DNA of 64,000 nucleotides, taken from Polyangiaceae bacterium (GTDB lineage: Bacteria; Myxococcota_A; Polyangia; Polyangiales; Polyangiaceae). Below are positions 9,426-19,407 of the stretch, piece by piece. The DNA lies in contig JBILLK010000004.1 in assembly GCA_044376115.1 (NCBI GenBank), positions 288,001 through 352,000 of the forward strand. The letters are read 5' to 3'. The translations under genes were made by a program, and so were the position numbers. The notes below the pieces were generated by a model that searched no databases, had not been told where the DNA came from, and saw only the letters and a program-made list of their open reading frames with translations. Within the stretch, counting starts at the first letter, position 1; every line of letters begins with the position of its first letter.

Positions 9426-10625
9426 GTGGTGAAGGCCCTCCCACGCGAGCTCCCCAAAGCGATTGGCCGCTACGAAGTCGTACGCCAACTCGGGGTTGGA
9501 GCTATGGGGCGCGTCTTCCTAGCGCGCGACCCGGTGCTGGAGCGTCACGTAGCCATCAAGGTCCTTCGGGATGACCTTGGGATCGCGGAGGACGACAAGA
9601 ACGGGCTCCTCGTCAGGATGCGGCATGAGGCTCGAGCTGCAGCCCGCGTGACTCACCCGAACCTATGCATCATCCACGACATGGGCGAGGACGAGCGCCT
9701 GGGGCTCTATCTGGTGTTCGAATACATCGAAGGACCGACGCTCAAGCAGCGGTTGGAGGAAGGCAGGCTGAGTCCTCGTCAAGCCGCGCGCTTAGCGAAA
9801 GAGATCGGCGCGGCCCTGACCTTCGCGCACGAGCGTGGGGTGCTTCATCGCGACGTCAAACCGGAAAACCTGATCCTCTCCCCGACCGGCACCAAGCTCA
9901 CAGACTTCGGGATCGCGCGGGTGCCCGATTCAACGCTGACCCACTCAGGCGGTCTGCTTGGGACGCCGGCCTACAGCGCACCGGAGACGTTCCAGCGTGG
10001 CAGCTTCTCGCCCGAGAGCGACCAATTCAGCTTCGCCGCAACCTTGTATGAGGCCATTCGCGGTACCCGGGCTTTTCCAGGGGATGACGCGGTATCAGTG
10101 TCCTGGAAGATCGCAAACGAAGCGCCCGAGGAATTTGCCGCGTCCCTACGCTACGGGCCGGAGCTGGACAGCCTGCTGCAACGGGCGATGTCTCGTGACC
10201 CTTCGCAGCGCTGGGAAAGTTGTCAGGACCTAGGCGTGCGCGTCACCGAGCAGCTGCTTCTGCGGACCACGCTTGCGGGGGAGGCCTCCCGCGCCCTGGA
10301 TGTCTCGCGCAGCGTGCCCCCACGTATGACGAGTCAGCCACCACGCAAGGCGGCGCGCGGCTACCGGTGGTTCGCGCTCGGCGTGCTCGCGCTGCTTGGC
10401 GTTGGCGTTCTCATTCGAGGTTTTTTGCATTCGGGTAAAGTCGAACCGGCTGTCACAACCCCAACCGATCTAGTGAAGTCGGTTCCGTCAATGCCCACTG
10501 CCGCAGCAACACAAAAACCTCGGCCGCCTTCGACCCGACCGATGCGGCCAACGGTCACTGCAAAGCCAACCGCTACGCCTGAAGCACCGACTCCAACGGA
10601 GACGCCCGATGCCGGAACCCCTTGA
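9426..10625 (+). CDS. Ser/Thr protein kinase with TM and short Pro/Thr tail
   Basis: GVGAMG, VAIK, HRDVKPEN, DFG, GTPAYSAPE; TM WFALGVLALLGVGVLI; GTG start approximate. Confidence 0.93.
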   Translation: MVKALPRELPKAIGRYEVVRQLGVGAMGRVFLARDPVLERHVAIKVLRDDLGIAEDDKNGLLVRMRHEARAAARVTHPNLCIIHDMGEDERLGLYLVFEYIEGPTLKQRLEEGRLSPRQAARLAKEIGAALTFAHERGVLHRDVKPENLILSPTGTKLTDFGIARVPDSTLTHSGGLLGTPAYSAPETFQRGSFSPESDQFSFAATLYEAIRGTRAFPGDDAVSVSWKIANEAPEEFAASLRYGPELDSLLQRAMSRDPSQRWESCQDLGVRVTEQLLLRTTLAGEASRALDVSRSVPPRMTSQPPRKAARGYRWFALGVLALLGVGVLIRGFLHSGKVEPAVTTPTDLVKSVPSMPTAAATQKPRPPSTRPMRPTVTAKPTATPEAPTPTETPDAGTP

Positions 10626-11415
10626 AAAGATCGTGGAGGCCCTCAACGCGACCGCGCCATTGAGCCTCGCCGAGGCTTGGGACAACGTTGGGCTCTTGCT
10701 TCCTGGCCGGAGGAACCGGTTGGTGAACCGCGTTCTCTTGACCGTCGATCTGACCGCCTCCGTCGTGGAGGAGGCACTCGTCGGCGAGACGGATCTGATC
10801 GTTGCCTACCACCCACCCATCTTCAAAGGGTTCACCCGGCTTCGAAGAGATGTGGCGATCGAGCAGGCGGTGCTAGCACTCGTTGAGGCCGGCGTTGCGT
10901 TGTACTCGCCGCACACCGCCCTCGACGCGTGCCGCGGAGGCTTGAACGACTGGCTTGCACTCACGGCAGGAAGCGGGCAACTCAGCGCCATCTCGCCAGA
11001 CGCCACGGCGCCGGACTGTGGGGCCGGCCGTGTGAACCGTCTCGAGGTTCCTGCGGTCGTCAGCGAGCTGCTCAAGTCGTACTCGGCAGCCACGCAGGCT
11101 CCCTATCTCCGGTTGGCCGACCAAAATCCCAACGCCCCCGTCGTCGCGGTCGCGGTCACCGCCGGAGCGGGCGGTAGTGTCTTGGAACGCTGGGTCGGGC
11201 AGAGGCCGCCGCGTTCCTTGCTAGTGACCGGTGAGCTTCGGCATCACGACGTGCTCGCATGGACGGCGGCTGGTCACGCCGTCCTCTTGCTGGAGCACGA
11301 TTGCAGCGAGCGGGGCTACCTGCCCGAGTTTAAGAGCAGATTGAGCTCCCTAGTGGCGAGCGACGTCGACGTTCGAGTGTCATCAACGGACCGCCCGCTC
11401 ATGAAGCTCGTTTGA
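10609..11415 (+). CDS. Nif3-like dinuclear metal centre protein (YbgI family)
   Basis: AEAWDNVGLL, AYHPPIF, YSPHTALD, TGELRHH, HDCSE. Confidence 0.9.
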   Translation: MPEPLEKIVEALNATAPLSLAEAWDNVGLLLPGRRNRLVNRVLLTVDLTASVVEEALVGETDLIVAYHPPIFKGFTRLRRDVAIEQAVLALVEAGVALYSPHTALDACRGGLNDWLALTAGSGQLSAISPDATAPDCGAGRVNRLEVPAVVSELLKSYSAATQAPYLRLADQNPNAPVVAVAVTAGAGGSVLERWVGQRPPRSLLVTGELRHHDVLAWTAAGHAVLLLEHDCSERGYLPEFKSRLSSLVASDVDVRVSSTDRPLMKLV

Positions 11416-11424
11416 AGAGGAGAC

Positions 11425-11751
11425 TCAGTAGGGCCCTGGCTCCCGGCTCGACTTGGCGGTCAAACACTGGTTGTACTCGTCGAATTCGTCACCGCACTCG
11501 TCGTTGTCGTCCTTGTACTCGCTGTCTTTGCACTCGTGACGATCAAGCTGGCACTCCCAGTAGGGCTCCAAGATCTCCACGCAGTCGTAGGAGGAGGCGA
11601 CGTCGAACTCAGCATTGACGAGGATCTCCTGTTCCTCGAGCCGGCGGTCACTGCAGCCTTCACAAGCGCAGATCGAATCGATTCGGTCGCCGACGATATC
11701 TCCACAGCCAGTGAGCAGAAACAGCGTGGCGAGAAACTTCAAGGGCTTCAT
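11425..11751 (-). CDS. Small acidic Cys-rich lipoprotein (paralog A)
   Basis: Lipobox LTGC; multiple Cys; translationally coupled to upstream paralog. Confidence 0.75.
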   Translation of the reverse strand: MKPLKFLATLFLLTGCGDIVGDRIDSICACEGCSDRRLEEQEILVNAEFDVASSYDCVEILEPYWECQLDRHECKDSEYKDDNDECGDEFDEYNQCLTAKSSREPGPY

Positions 11752-12170
11752 CAGTTATCCTCTTTCGCACAGTCGTCAAACTGTTGGATCTCGACCTGAC
11801 AGTTGCCTTGATCCGGCCGGTACCTGTCCTCGTTGCAACGAGATTGCTCAGCCAGACAGTCGAAGTACGCGTCGAACTCTGCGCCGCAATTTTTCAGATC
11901 GGCCAGTTCCGATTCGGCATCGAAGCTGATGTTGCAAGCGTCCTCGTCGAGGTCGTTGCCACCTTCACAGTTCCTTGCTTCCTCGCAGTAGCTGCCGATG
12001 GAGACGCCACAACCCGACCCAATCGAGGCAAGGTAGAGGGCGAATGGGAGAACCAAAAACGCCTTCGCCGGGTGGCGATTCTGCCTTTGGGAGAAGGCTG
12101 AGTGTTTTGACCGGGTAAGATTTATGGCTTTCGTCACGAAAACAGCATACCGCAAAAAAGTCGACCTCAT
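11751..12170 (-). CDS. Small acidic Cys-rich lipoprotein (paralog B)
   Basis: Hydrophobic run then GSGC; Cys spacing like neighbour; start uncertain. Confidence 0.7.
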   Translation of the reverse strand: MRSTFLRYAVFVTKAINLTRSKHSAFSQRQNRHPAKAFLVLPFALYLASIGSGCGVSIGSYCEEARNCEGGNDLDEDACNISFDAESELADLKNCGAEFDAYFDCLAEQSRCNEDRYRPDQGNCQVEIQQFDDCAKEDN

Positions 12171-12190
12171 GACGTTCGATCCGTGCTTTC

Positions 12191-13606
12191 TCAGGGGCTG
12201 ACGTTCTCAGCCAAGGGCGTGGGCTGGCTGCGAACCCAGAACGGCTCACCCATCGCCCCGAGGACGAGGCTTACCGATTCACCTGGCTTCGGCTTCGGTT
12301 CCTTTGGAAAGTGCGTCGCGACCTGTCCAAACTCGTCGAGCAACGTGATCAATTCCCCGTCGTTGCTCAACCCATTGCCACCCAGCGATGAGACTCGAAT
12401 GACAAGAGCGAGCGCTTCTTCGGGCAGTTGGCTCGCATCGAAGTCCTCCCGAACAAGTAGCGCACGCCCACCGGGACCGAGGGTAACGGACGGTAGGGGC
12501 ACGCTGCCGGCGCTGTCCGCGAGCGTGAAGCGACTGAGGTCCGCTGCAGCAACACCGTCATTCCACAGTTCTATCCACTCCTGAGCAGGCTCAGGTCCGT
12601 CAGGGTTGGCCATGACCTCGCTAAGATGGACATGGGCCCTCGGCGAACTCGTCTGAAGCTCGAGGCTGGCAGTGGCTCGTCCAACCGCAGAGCCAAACTC
12701 AAGCGACATCGCGATTTGACTTGCGGGCTCCAACCCTCGAACGACGAACTGCGAGAAGTTCTCGCTGGTTGCAAGCCACGTCGAATTGCCTTCCCCCATC
12801 AGCCACACCATCGGCTGCTCCGGCGTCCGCACGCGCATGCGGTCGTCTTCAACCAAGGCACACCCGGGGCCAAAGGGCCTCTCCTCCGACTCACACGCGA
12901 GCTCCTGCACAGGGTCCGATCCGGCTTGGAAGTCCAGCGGGGTTGGCTCGAGTGCCCAACGATCGACGGCCCTCGGCGGATGGAATCGACCGAGGGCGGT
13001 TGGATCCTCAGCCACAAAGTACACGCACGGAACATCGATTCCACTCGCCGATCCAGCGGCAAACACGCCCCGCGGCCCAGACGGATCCAGCGTCCCGACG
13101 ACAGGGTCGAGCTCAATCGAGTCGGAGCCACAATAGAGTGCCCAAGGGTCGCTCACCGCCACCTCGAGTGGCGGCCACACTCTCTTGAGAAAGGGCGCTG
13201 CATCTTCCGAGGTCCAAAACGTGAAAGAGCTCCCTTGTGGCAAGGCTATGGTGTGAAGGGACGCGAGCCGCAGCGGCTTGTGAGGAACAACGACGAGTCG
13301 CTCCGCTCCTTCGTAAAAGACCGTGGAGGGGATTTGGCGGTCCGCGAGTGAGGCGGATGCGGCGCCCTCCGCCCACTTTTCAAGTTGAGCGCTTGTGGTC
13401 TCGCCTTCAAACAGCCCTACATCCGCGGGCGAAATCTCTCTCGCGCTTGGCCCCTCAAGGAACAGGCGCACAACTTCCGCGCCTCGGTCCACCGGATCAA
13501 CCACCAACCGCAGCTCAACATCCGGTTCTTGATCAACAGTCGGCAGGGGAAACTCTGGGGCGCAGCAAACGGCAAGCGCGGGCAACGCGATCGATGAGGG
13601 CTTCAT
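12191..13606 (-). CDS. Lamin tail domain-containing probable lipoprotein
   Basis: LSEVMANPDGPEPAQEWIELWN..LSNDGELITL is an LTD signature; N-terminal LAVCC. Confidence 0.75.
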   Translation of the reverse strand: MKPSSIALPALAVCCAPEFPLPTVDQEPDVELRLVVDPVDRGAEVVRLFLEGPSAREISPADVGLFEGETTSAQLEKWAEGAASASLADRQIPSTVFYEGAERLVVVPHKPLRLASLHTIALPQGSSFTFWTSEDAAPFLKRVWPPLEVAVSDPWALYCGSDSIELDPVVGTLDPSGPRGVFAAGSASGIDVPCVYFVAEDPTALGRFHPPRAVDRWALEPTPLDFQAGSDPVQELACESEERPFGPGCALVEDDRMRVRTPEQPMVWLMGEGNSTWLATSENFSQFVVRGLEPASQIAMSLEFGSAVGRATASLELQTSSPRAHVHLSEVMANPDGPEPAQEWIELWNDGVAAADLSRFTLADSAGSVPLPSVTLGPGGRALLVREDFDASQLPEEALALVIRVSSLGGNGLSNDGELITLLDEFGQVATHFPKEPKPKPGESVSLVLGAMGEPFWVRSQPTPLAENVSP

Positions 13607-13653
13607 AACCCCCACTCACCCACCAAGGTCTCGAGTTGCGCCCTTGGTGACGT

Positions 13654-14838
13654 TTATTTGTCGTCCTCGTCGTCCTCGTCCTCGTCGTCCTCGTCGTCCT
13701 CGTCGTCGTCCTCGTCCTCGTCGTCCTCGTCGTCGTCCTCGTCCTCGTCGTCCTCGTCGTCCTCGTCGTCCTCGTCGTGCTCGTCGTCCTCGTCGTCCTC
13801 GTCGTCCTCGTCGTCCTCGTCGTCCTCGTCGTCTTCTTCAGACGAAGGCTCAGGGTCCGCTGGCAGCAATTCCGCACCATCCGGTTCGGCTTCCTTCGCC
13901 GGTTCAGGGTCCTCGAAGTCGGCCTGATTGGGTCGCACCGGCGGGGCCGCAAACTCTACCGGCGGTTCTCCCGCCGGCGGCTCAACGAGCACCGGCGTGG
14001 CTGTCTCTGAGTCCTCCGACAGCGATTCCTCCGAGTCCTCGGACTCCGGCTCCTCCGGCTCCTCGGGCTCTTGAGACTCTTGCGCCTCGAGTTGCCCTTC
14101 CCCACCCGCAAAACCGCCCGGATCAGCGCTTAGCGGAGCCTCTTCACCAAGCTCGCGCTGATAGGTGATGCGCGACTCCTCGGACAGCTCGGTGAACTCG
14201 CGCAGCGTCGGCAAGTCGGCTAGTGACTTGAGACCAAAGAACTCGAGGAACTGGGGCGTGGTTCCATAGATCAGCGGACGCCCCGGTTCGTCCCTCTTGC
14301 CAAGGATCTTGACCAGATCCCGGTCCAACAGCGCCTTCAACACAGCGCCCGAATCAACGCCGCGTACGTCGTCTATCTCGGGTCGCGTGATGGGCTGGCG
14401 ATAGGCAAGGATTGCGAGCGTTTCGATTTGGGCGCGCGTCATCTTGATCGGCTTGCGCGCCGATAGCTCGCGGACGAACGGCGAGTATCGCGGGCTCGTC
14501 CGAAACACGTAGCCTCCCGCGATCTCCTCTAAGCGAATCCCTCGGTCCACGTAGAAAGCAGCGAGCGTCTCAATCGCAGACTTAACGGCCCTTCGGTCTG
14601 CGGAGGCGATGCGCGCAATATCCGAGAGACTCAGCGGCTTATCGGACGCGAAGATAACCGCCTCGACCACCCCGCGAAGATGGGCGCGTATCTTTTCCGC
14701 CTGCTCCGCAGCGATCGCGGCAGCGATGGCGGCATCTCGTTCGCCTACGGCCTCGCTCTTTCGGAAGCGTTGAAACCACTTCCAGGCGCGGGTCTGAAAT
14801 TCGCGCGGCGTTCTAGCAACTTCGTGAGCCAAGCTCAT
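13654..14838 (-). CDS. scpB: SMC-Scp complex subunit ScpB with long acidic tail
   Basis: VEAVIFAS, ETLAILAYRQPITRPEIDDVRGVDS, PGRPLIYGTTPQFLEFFGLKSLADLP. Confidence 0.95.
   Translation of the reverse strand: MSLAHEVARTPREFQTRAWKWFQRFRKSEAVGERDAAIAAAIAAEQAEKIRAHLRGVVEAVIFASDKPLSLSDIARIASADRRAVKSAIETLAAFYVDRGIRLEEIAGGYVFRTSPRYSPFVRELSARKPIKMTRAQIETLAILAYRQPITRPEIDDVRGVDSGAVLKALLDRDLVKILGKRDEPGRPLIYGTTPQFLEFFGLKSLADLPTLREFTELSEESRITYQRELGEEAPLSADPGGFAGGEGQLEAQESQEPEEPEEPESEDSEESLSEDSETATPVLVEPPAGEPPVEFAAPPVRPNQADFEDPEPAKEAEPDGAELLPADPEPSSEEDDEDDEDDEDDEDDEDDEHDEDDEDDEDDEDEDDDEDDEDEDDDEDDEDDEDEDDEDDK
13660..13838 (-). repeat. Mostly 9-bp (EDD)n coding repeat
   Basis: tcgtcgtcc arrays on + strand; about 60 codons almost all Asp/Glu. 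Confidence 0.95.
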
Positions 14839-16409
14839 TCAATTCCCTTCTCAAGCGCACCTTCGAGATCTTGCGCCGCAGTCGCCCCGCCCTCTGCAGA
14901 TTCCAAAACCGCCGCACCGAAGCTTTGCCCAAGCTGGTTTAAATCCGAGGCGCCTTCGACTGCAACAGCCTCGGGCTCAACGGCAACGGCCTCTTCAACC
15001 GCAACAGCCTCGGGCTCGGGCTCTACCGCAACGGCCTCTTCAACCGCAGCGGCCTCTTCAACCGCAACAGCCTCGGGCTCAGGCTCTACCGCAGCGGCCT
15101 CTTCAACCGGCTCAGCGACCTCTTCAACCGCAGCGGCCTCTTCAACCGCAACAGCCTCGGGCTCGGGCTCTACCGCAACGGCCTCTTCAACCGCAGCGGC
15201 CTCTTCAACCGCAACAGCCTCGGGCTCGGGCTCTACCGCAGCGGCCTCTTCAACCGCAGCGGCCTCTTCAACCGCAACAGCCTCGGGCTCGGGCTCTACC
15301 GCAACGGCCTCTTCAACCGCAGCGGCCTCGGGCTCTACCGCCTCAACCTCTGAGGCCGCAGCCTGGCCAATCGCATCCCGCAGATCCCGCTCCGCCTTAT
15401 CAGCCGCAATCTCCGAACGCACCGCCGTCTCGAGTTCCTCGGACGTTGGCCACGCGGGGGATGAGCCCTCCCCGTCTTCGTCCTCGTTCACCACCAGAAG
15501 CTCAACGTGAATTCTCGAAAGAGCGTCCACTTGAAACACCCGCATCATCTTCATTCGGCACATCTCGAGGATGGCCAGGAAGGTGATCACGAGATCGAAG
15601 CGGGTCGGCGTTCTGCCTTCGGTGACAAAAATGTCCTCGAACGCAATCGTGCGCCGCTGCTGAAGCACCTCGGTCAGTTCAACGATCCGCTCGGTGATGC
15701 CGATGCGATCGAAGACCACCTCATGGTCCATCTTGACCTTGGACTTCTCGAGCAGCTTCTTGAACGCCCCTAGCAGGTCGTGAACCCCAAACGGAGCAAA
15801 CGGAGCGGGGCCGTCAGAGCGAGTCTCGTCAACCGCTCCTCGTGGGAAGACCGAGGTGCCCAGGGTATCGCGAGAGACAAGAGTTTCGCCGGCGGCTTTG
15901 TAGCGCTGGTACTCGAGCAGGCGGCGCACGAGCTCTGCGCGTGGATCGAGCTCCTCTTCCTCTTCTTCCCCGTTGGCCTGCAAGGTCGGGTCGTCGGGCA
16001 GCAACATCCGGCTCTTGATCAGGGTCAGTGTTGCAGCCATCACGAGGTACTCGCTAGCGACGTCAATCGCTAGCGACTGCATCACTTTGAGGTACTCGAG
16101 GTACTTCTCCGTCACGAACCCCATGGGGATGTCCATGATGTCGAGTTCGTGCTTTTGGATGATCTCGAGCAACAGGTCGAGCGGGCCCTCGAAGGTGGGC
16201 AAGCTCACCACGTACGCGTCCTTGGGGACCTCATCGAGGTCCACGACCCGAACCGGAGCTGCCGGCGTCGATGACCCCTGAGTGCGCGCGGAATGCCCAG
16301 TTTGGGCTAATCCAGGCCCGACCGGCGGGTCGGCCGCCCCGGAGCGCGCGGGATCAGCGTCGCGCTTACCAGCGGCGGCGCGTTTCTTTTTTCCTCGAGC
16401 GTGCTTCAC
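14835..16409 (-). CDS. scpA: Kleisin ScpA with repetitive acidic C-terminal extension
   Basis: FEGPLDLLL, ASEYLVMAATLTLIKSRMLLP, LVRRLLEYQRYK, VITFLAILEM. Confidence 0.95.
   Translation of the reverse strand: MKHARGKKKRAAAGKRDADPARSGAADPPVGPGLAQTGHSARTQGSSTPAAPVRVVDLDEVPKDAYVVSLPTFEGPLDLLLEIIQKHELDIMDIPMGFVTEKYLEYLKVMQSLAIDVASEYLVMAATLTLIKSRMLLPDDPTLQANGEEEEEELDPRAELVRRLLEYQRYKAAGETLVSRDTLGTSVFPRGAVDETRSDGPAPFAPFGVHDLLGAFKKLLEKSKVKMDHEVVFDRIGITERIVELTEVLQQRRTIAFEDIFVTEGRTPTRFDLVITFLAILEMCRMKMMRVFQVDALSRIHVELLVVNEDEDGEGSSPAWPTSEELETAVRSEIAADKAERDLRDAIGQAAASEVEAVEPEAAAVEEAVAVEPEPEAVAVEEAAAVEEAAAVEPEPEAVAVEEAAAVEEAVAVEPEPEAVAVEEAAAVEEVAEPVEEAAAVEPEPEAVAVEEAAAVEEAVAVEPEPEAVAVEEAVAVEPEAVAVEGASDLNQLGQSFGAAVLESAEGGATAAQDLEGALEKGIE
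14955..15350 (-). repeat. Imperfect 63-bp coding repeat (AVEPEPEAVAVEEAAAVEEAx)
   Basis: Near-identical units visible at 15120-15320. Confidence 0.9.
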
Positions 16410-16509
16410 GGGCGTCTGGAGCGGCCGACCCTATAACGGATGCCCCGTCCGGTCACCCCCCGAGATCGCTCTCCAGGACGGAGGCGCAGCTGCTAGAGTG
16501 CAGCGACGA

Positions 16510-18642
16510 ATGGCCGGTGCGGGAAAGGCATGCGCGGCGTGTGGCGGACACTACGGTCCGGAGGTTTTGTTTTGCCCGCTGGACGGAAATCCTCTGTCGA
16601 GACGAGCACCCGGGATGTCCTCCCCCGGCGATCCGGACCCGTACCTCAACCTGGAGCTACCTGGGCAGATCAGCATCCAGGCGTTGGTCGGTATTGGATC
16701 GATGGGTCGCGTCTATCGGGCCTTCCAAGCCGGCGTTGATCGGGACGTCGCGGTAAAGATTCTTCATCGTGAGCTGGTCGGAAATCCCGAGCTCGTAGGC
16801 CGCTTCCACCGCGAGGCGAAGATCGCCAGCAAGCTCCTTCACCCGAACGTCGTGCAAGCCCTGATGACGGGCAGTCTAAGCAACGAGCCAGGGAGAACCG
16901 CTGGTGAGGTTTACCTGGTGATGGAGTTCCTAGACGGGATCTCGCTCCTCTCCGCGCTGGCGGCACAAGGTGAAGGGGGTGCACTTCCACTTGCCCGTAC
17001 TCTTCATATCGTGCTGCAGATCTGCGAGGCCGTCGGCGAGGCTCACACCGCAGGGATCATTCACCGCGATCTCAAGCCAGACAACATCATGCTCGTGCGC
17101 CGCTCGGAGGACCCTGACTTCGTCAAGATCCTCGACTTTGGGATCGCGAAGCTGGATTCGAGTTTTGATGGCTCATCGACCCAAGCGGGACGCATTTTTG
17201 GCACGGCCAAGTACATTTCGCCGGAAGGCGCCGAGGGCAAGTTGGTAGGGCCCCAAGCGGACGTCTACTCAATCGCTACCGTGCTCTACCAATGCCTTGC
17301 GGGCCGAACACCGTTTGACGGTGAGTCGCCGATGACCGTGCTGATGCAACAGATCAACGGGGAGCCCGTTGAGCTTCGCTCCATCGAGCGCGCAGCCTAC
17401 GTACCCGAGGCAATCGCGAAGGTGGTCATGCAGAACCTTTCGAAAGACCCGGAACGACGAGCCGAAAACGCCAAAGTACTGGGGCGCGATTTGAGTCAAG
17501 CGGCGCGCGAAGCCGGCCTTCATCTCGACTCATTCGCTGGCCTTCCGAAGGGAGACCTGCGGCTCATCTCGATGCAGCGCACTCGGCAGCACGAGTTCAC
17601 TCCGGAGCTCAAAGCAACGATTGCTGCGGCCAACGTATCGAAAGGCGGCCGAGTCACCCAGCTCGTGGATCCGCCGCCCTCGAGCGCAGGGCATGGCCCG
17701 CCTCCGGCCCCGCCACCTCCGTCGAGCCCCCACGTCGACGACACGATTCACCTCGAGAACGTACCCGTGTCAGAACGCGACGCGGGGTCGAGTCGACCAG
17801 GCGGGACCGTGCTCGAGGAGGCCTCCGACACCATCCACGGCTCGCTCGAATCGCCCGAAAAAAGCGACGTTCTCGGCGATCTTCGCGCACGCGGTTTGCT
17901 GGCGAAGCCAGGTCCCACGATGCCTGGGGCGCCGGTCGAGGTAAGCGCCTCGCCAACCATGGTCGACGCCAAAGTGGAACCCGCCGTCGCGCCGGCGCCA
18001 CCCGCTTCAGCGCAAAACCAAGAGGGGCCACGGCCGCCTTCAAAGACGTTTCGCATACTCGCCGTGGGCTTCGCGTTGCTGCTTCCGGTTGCGGTGGTAG
18101 CCGGGGTTCGTGTGGCGCAGAACCGCACGGCGTCGATCGAGCTCGAGCGTCAGGATCGGATTGACGCTGCGACGTCAGCGCTCGCACGAAGGGCGTGGGC
18201 TGCGCCGCCCGGCGCCAACGTGAAGGACCTTACGGGCGAGATGCTGGTGCGCGATCCGCAAGACCAAGAAGCGCTCGACATCCGGCGCCAAGCCGCTGAG
18301 CAAATCATGAGCGAGGCGTTGCAACGGAAGTTTGAGGGAGCTCGCGAGCAGGCGCTCACGCTCGCGAAGCTGGCACAAGAGCTTGCGCCGGAGCTAAAGA
18401 GCGCGGAAGTCGTGATTGCGGAGCTCGAGAAACTCTCCGCCTCGACCTCCGCGCCGCCCTCGGCCTCGGCGCCGCCAGTCGCCGAACCAAAGCCCTCAGC
18501 GAAGTCAGGTCGGCCCGAACCCAAGCCTGGCCCAGCCACGAGTACCAAGCCTTCGGCTTCCACCCCCACCGAGTCGATCGATCCTCCGCCGGCGCCAGAT
18601 CTCGTGCCGCCCCCCCCCAATTCCACGGGTAAATGGCTGTGA
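16510..18642 (+). CDS. Membrane Ser/Thr kinase with N-terminal zinc ribbon and extracytoplasmic helical domain
   Basis: CAAC..FCPLDG, GIGSMG, VAVK, HRDLKPDN, DFG, YISPE; TM ILAVGFALLLPVAVVAGV. Confidence 0.92.
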   Translation: MAGAGKACAACGGHYGPEVLFCPLDGNPLSRRAPGMSSPGDPDPYLNLELPGQISIQALVGIGSMGRVYRAFQAGVDRDVAVKILHRELVGNPELVGRFHREAKIASKLLHPNVVQALMTGSLSNEPGRTAGEVYLVMEFLDGISLLSALAAQGEGGALPLARTLHIVLQICEAVGEAHTAGIIHRDLKPDNIMLVRRSEDPDFVKILDFGIAKLDSSFDGSSTQAGRIFGTAKYISPEGAEGKLVGPQADVYSIATVLYQCLAGRTPFDGESPMTVLMQQINGEPVELRSIERAAYVPEAIAKVVMQNLSKDPERRAENAKVLGRDLSQAAREAGLHLDSFAGLPKGDLRLISMQRTRQHEFTPELKATIAAANVSKGGRVTQLVDPPPSSAGHGPPPAPPPPSSPHVDDTIHLENVPVSERDAGSSRPGGTVLEEASDTIHGSLESPEKSDVLGDLRARGLLAKPGPTMPGAPVEVSASPTMVDAKVEPAVAPAPPASAQNQEGPRPPSKTFRILAVGFALLLPVAVVAGVRVAQNRTASIELERQDRIDAATSALARRAWAAPPGANVKDLTGEMLVRDPQDQEALDIRRQAAEQIMSEALQRKFEGAREQALTLAKLAQELAPELKSAEVVIAELEKLSASTSAPPSASAPPVAEPKPSAKSGRPEPKPGPATSTKPSASTPTESIDPPPAPDLVPPPPNSTGKWL

Positions 18643-19367
18643 GATTCGCCAATGCGCTGTTGACCTTGCTGGGCGTTGCAATCCCGTGTGCGTCGGCTCG
18701 GGCAGAAGATACGTCGCGCGCCGAGGGCCGGGCGCTAGCCGCTCGAGAACGTGGATTGCCGCTCACCGTCGTGGAACTGGACGTTGGAATCATCGCGTTG
18801 CCAGCGGCGGAGGTGTGCCCCGGTTCAATCGACGACTGCTCCACAGGGGAGGTAAGCCTGGGGCTTGGCTTGCGGAATCTCTATGAGTTCGGCGCAGTCG
18901 GCGTTGGAGCAGGCATCGTCTGGGGCACCACGCTGCGAACGGATGAAGCCCGTGGGGACCCGACGCTCTTGCGGGAGCACTCTCGGCGCTACTTCCTGGT
19001 GGAGACGCTCTTCCGCTATTCCTACCTCAAACTCCCGGACGCCGAGGCGTGGGTGGGCACGTGTTTGGGGCTGGTGAGCATCCGCGACGCGTGGCTCGTC
19101 GACAAGGATCGCAACCCACCGAGCGACGTGAAGTTTGTGGGTCCTGACGCGCTAGTGGTCGGGTCGGAGGGCCTCGCCGTTTCGCTGGCCGCTGGCGGAT
19201 CCTACATTTTTGCTGACAATTTCGCGGTTGGCGGGACCTTTCGCTACGGCAACTGGGTGCTCCCAGGGGAGCCCAATACCTCCTCGTTGGGAGACGTTGC
19301 CTCCCTTTCCGGGCGCGTCGACGTGTTCGACCTTGTGGCCACTGTCGCCTACAGACTCGCGCTCTGA
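18639..19367 (+). CDS. Probable outer membrane beta-barrel protein
   Basis: Signal ending ARA-E; amphipathic strands; terminal VAYRLAL; GTGA overlap with kinase stop. Confidence 0.6.
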   Translation: MRFANALLTLLGVAIPCASARAEDTSRAEGRALAARERGLPLTVVELDVGIIALPAAEVCPGSIDDCSTGEVSLGLGLRNLYEFGAVGVGAGIVWGTTLRTDEARGDPTLLREHSRRYFLVETLFRYSYLKLPDAEAWVGTCLGLVSIRDAWLVDKDRNPPSDVKFVGPDALVVGSEGLAVSLAAGGSYIFADNFAVGGTFRYGNWVLPGEPNTSSLGDVASLSGRVDVFDLVATVAYRLAL

Positions 19368-19407
19368 CATTGACACAGCCTGCCCGTGTCAGTAGCCATC
19401 GCTCGCC

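Noticed and set aside
14955..15350. 63-bp periodic array as CRISPR or ncRNA array
   Set aside because: No unique spacers; translates as the ScpA tail
13533..15510. Poly-Ser, Arg-Pro, Thr-Arg and STATAS ORFs in other frames
   Set aside because: Alternative-frame shadows of the scpA/scpB repeats
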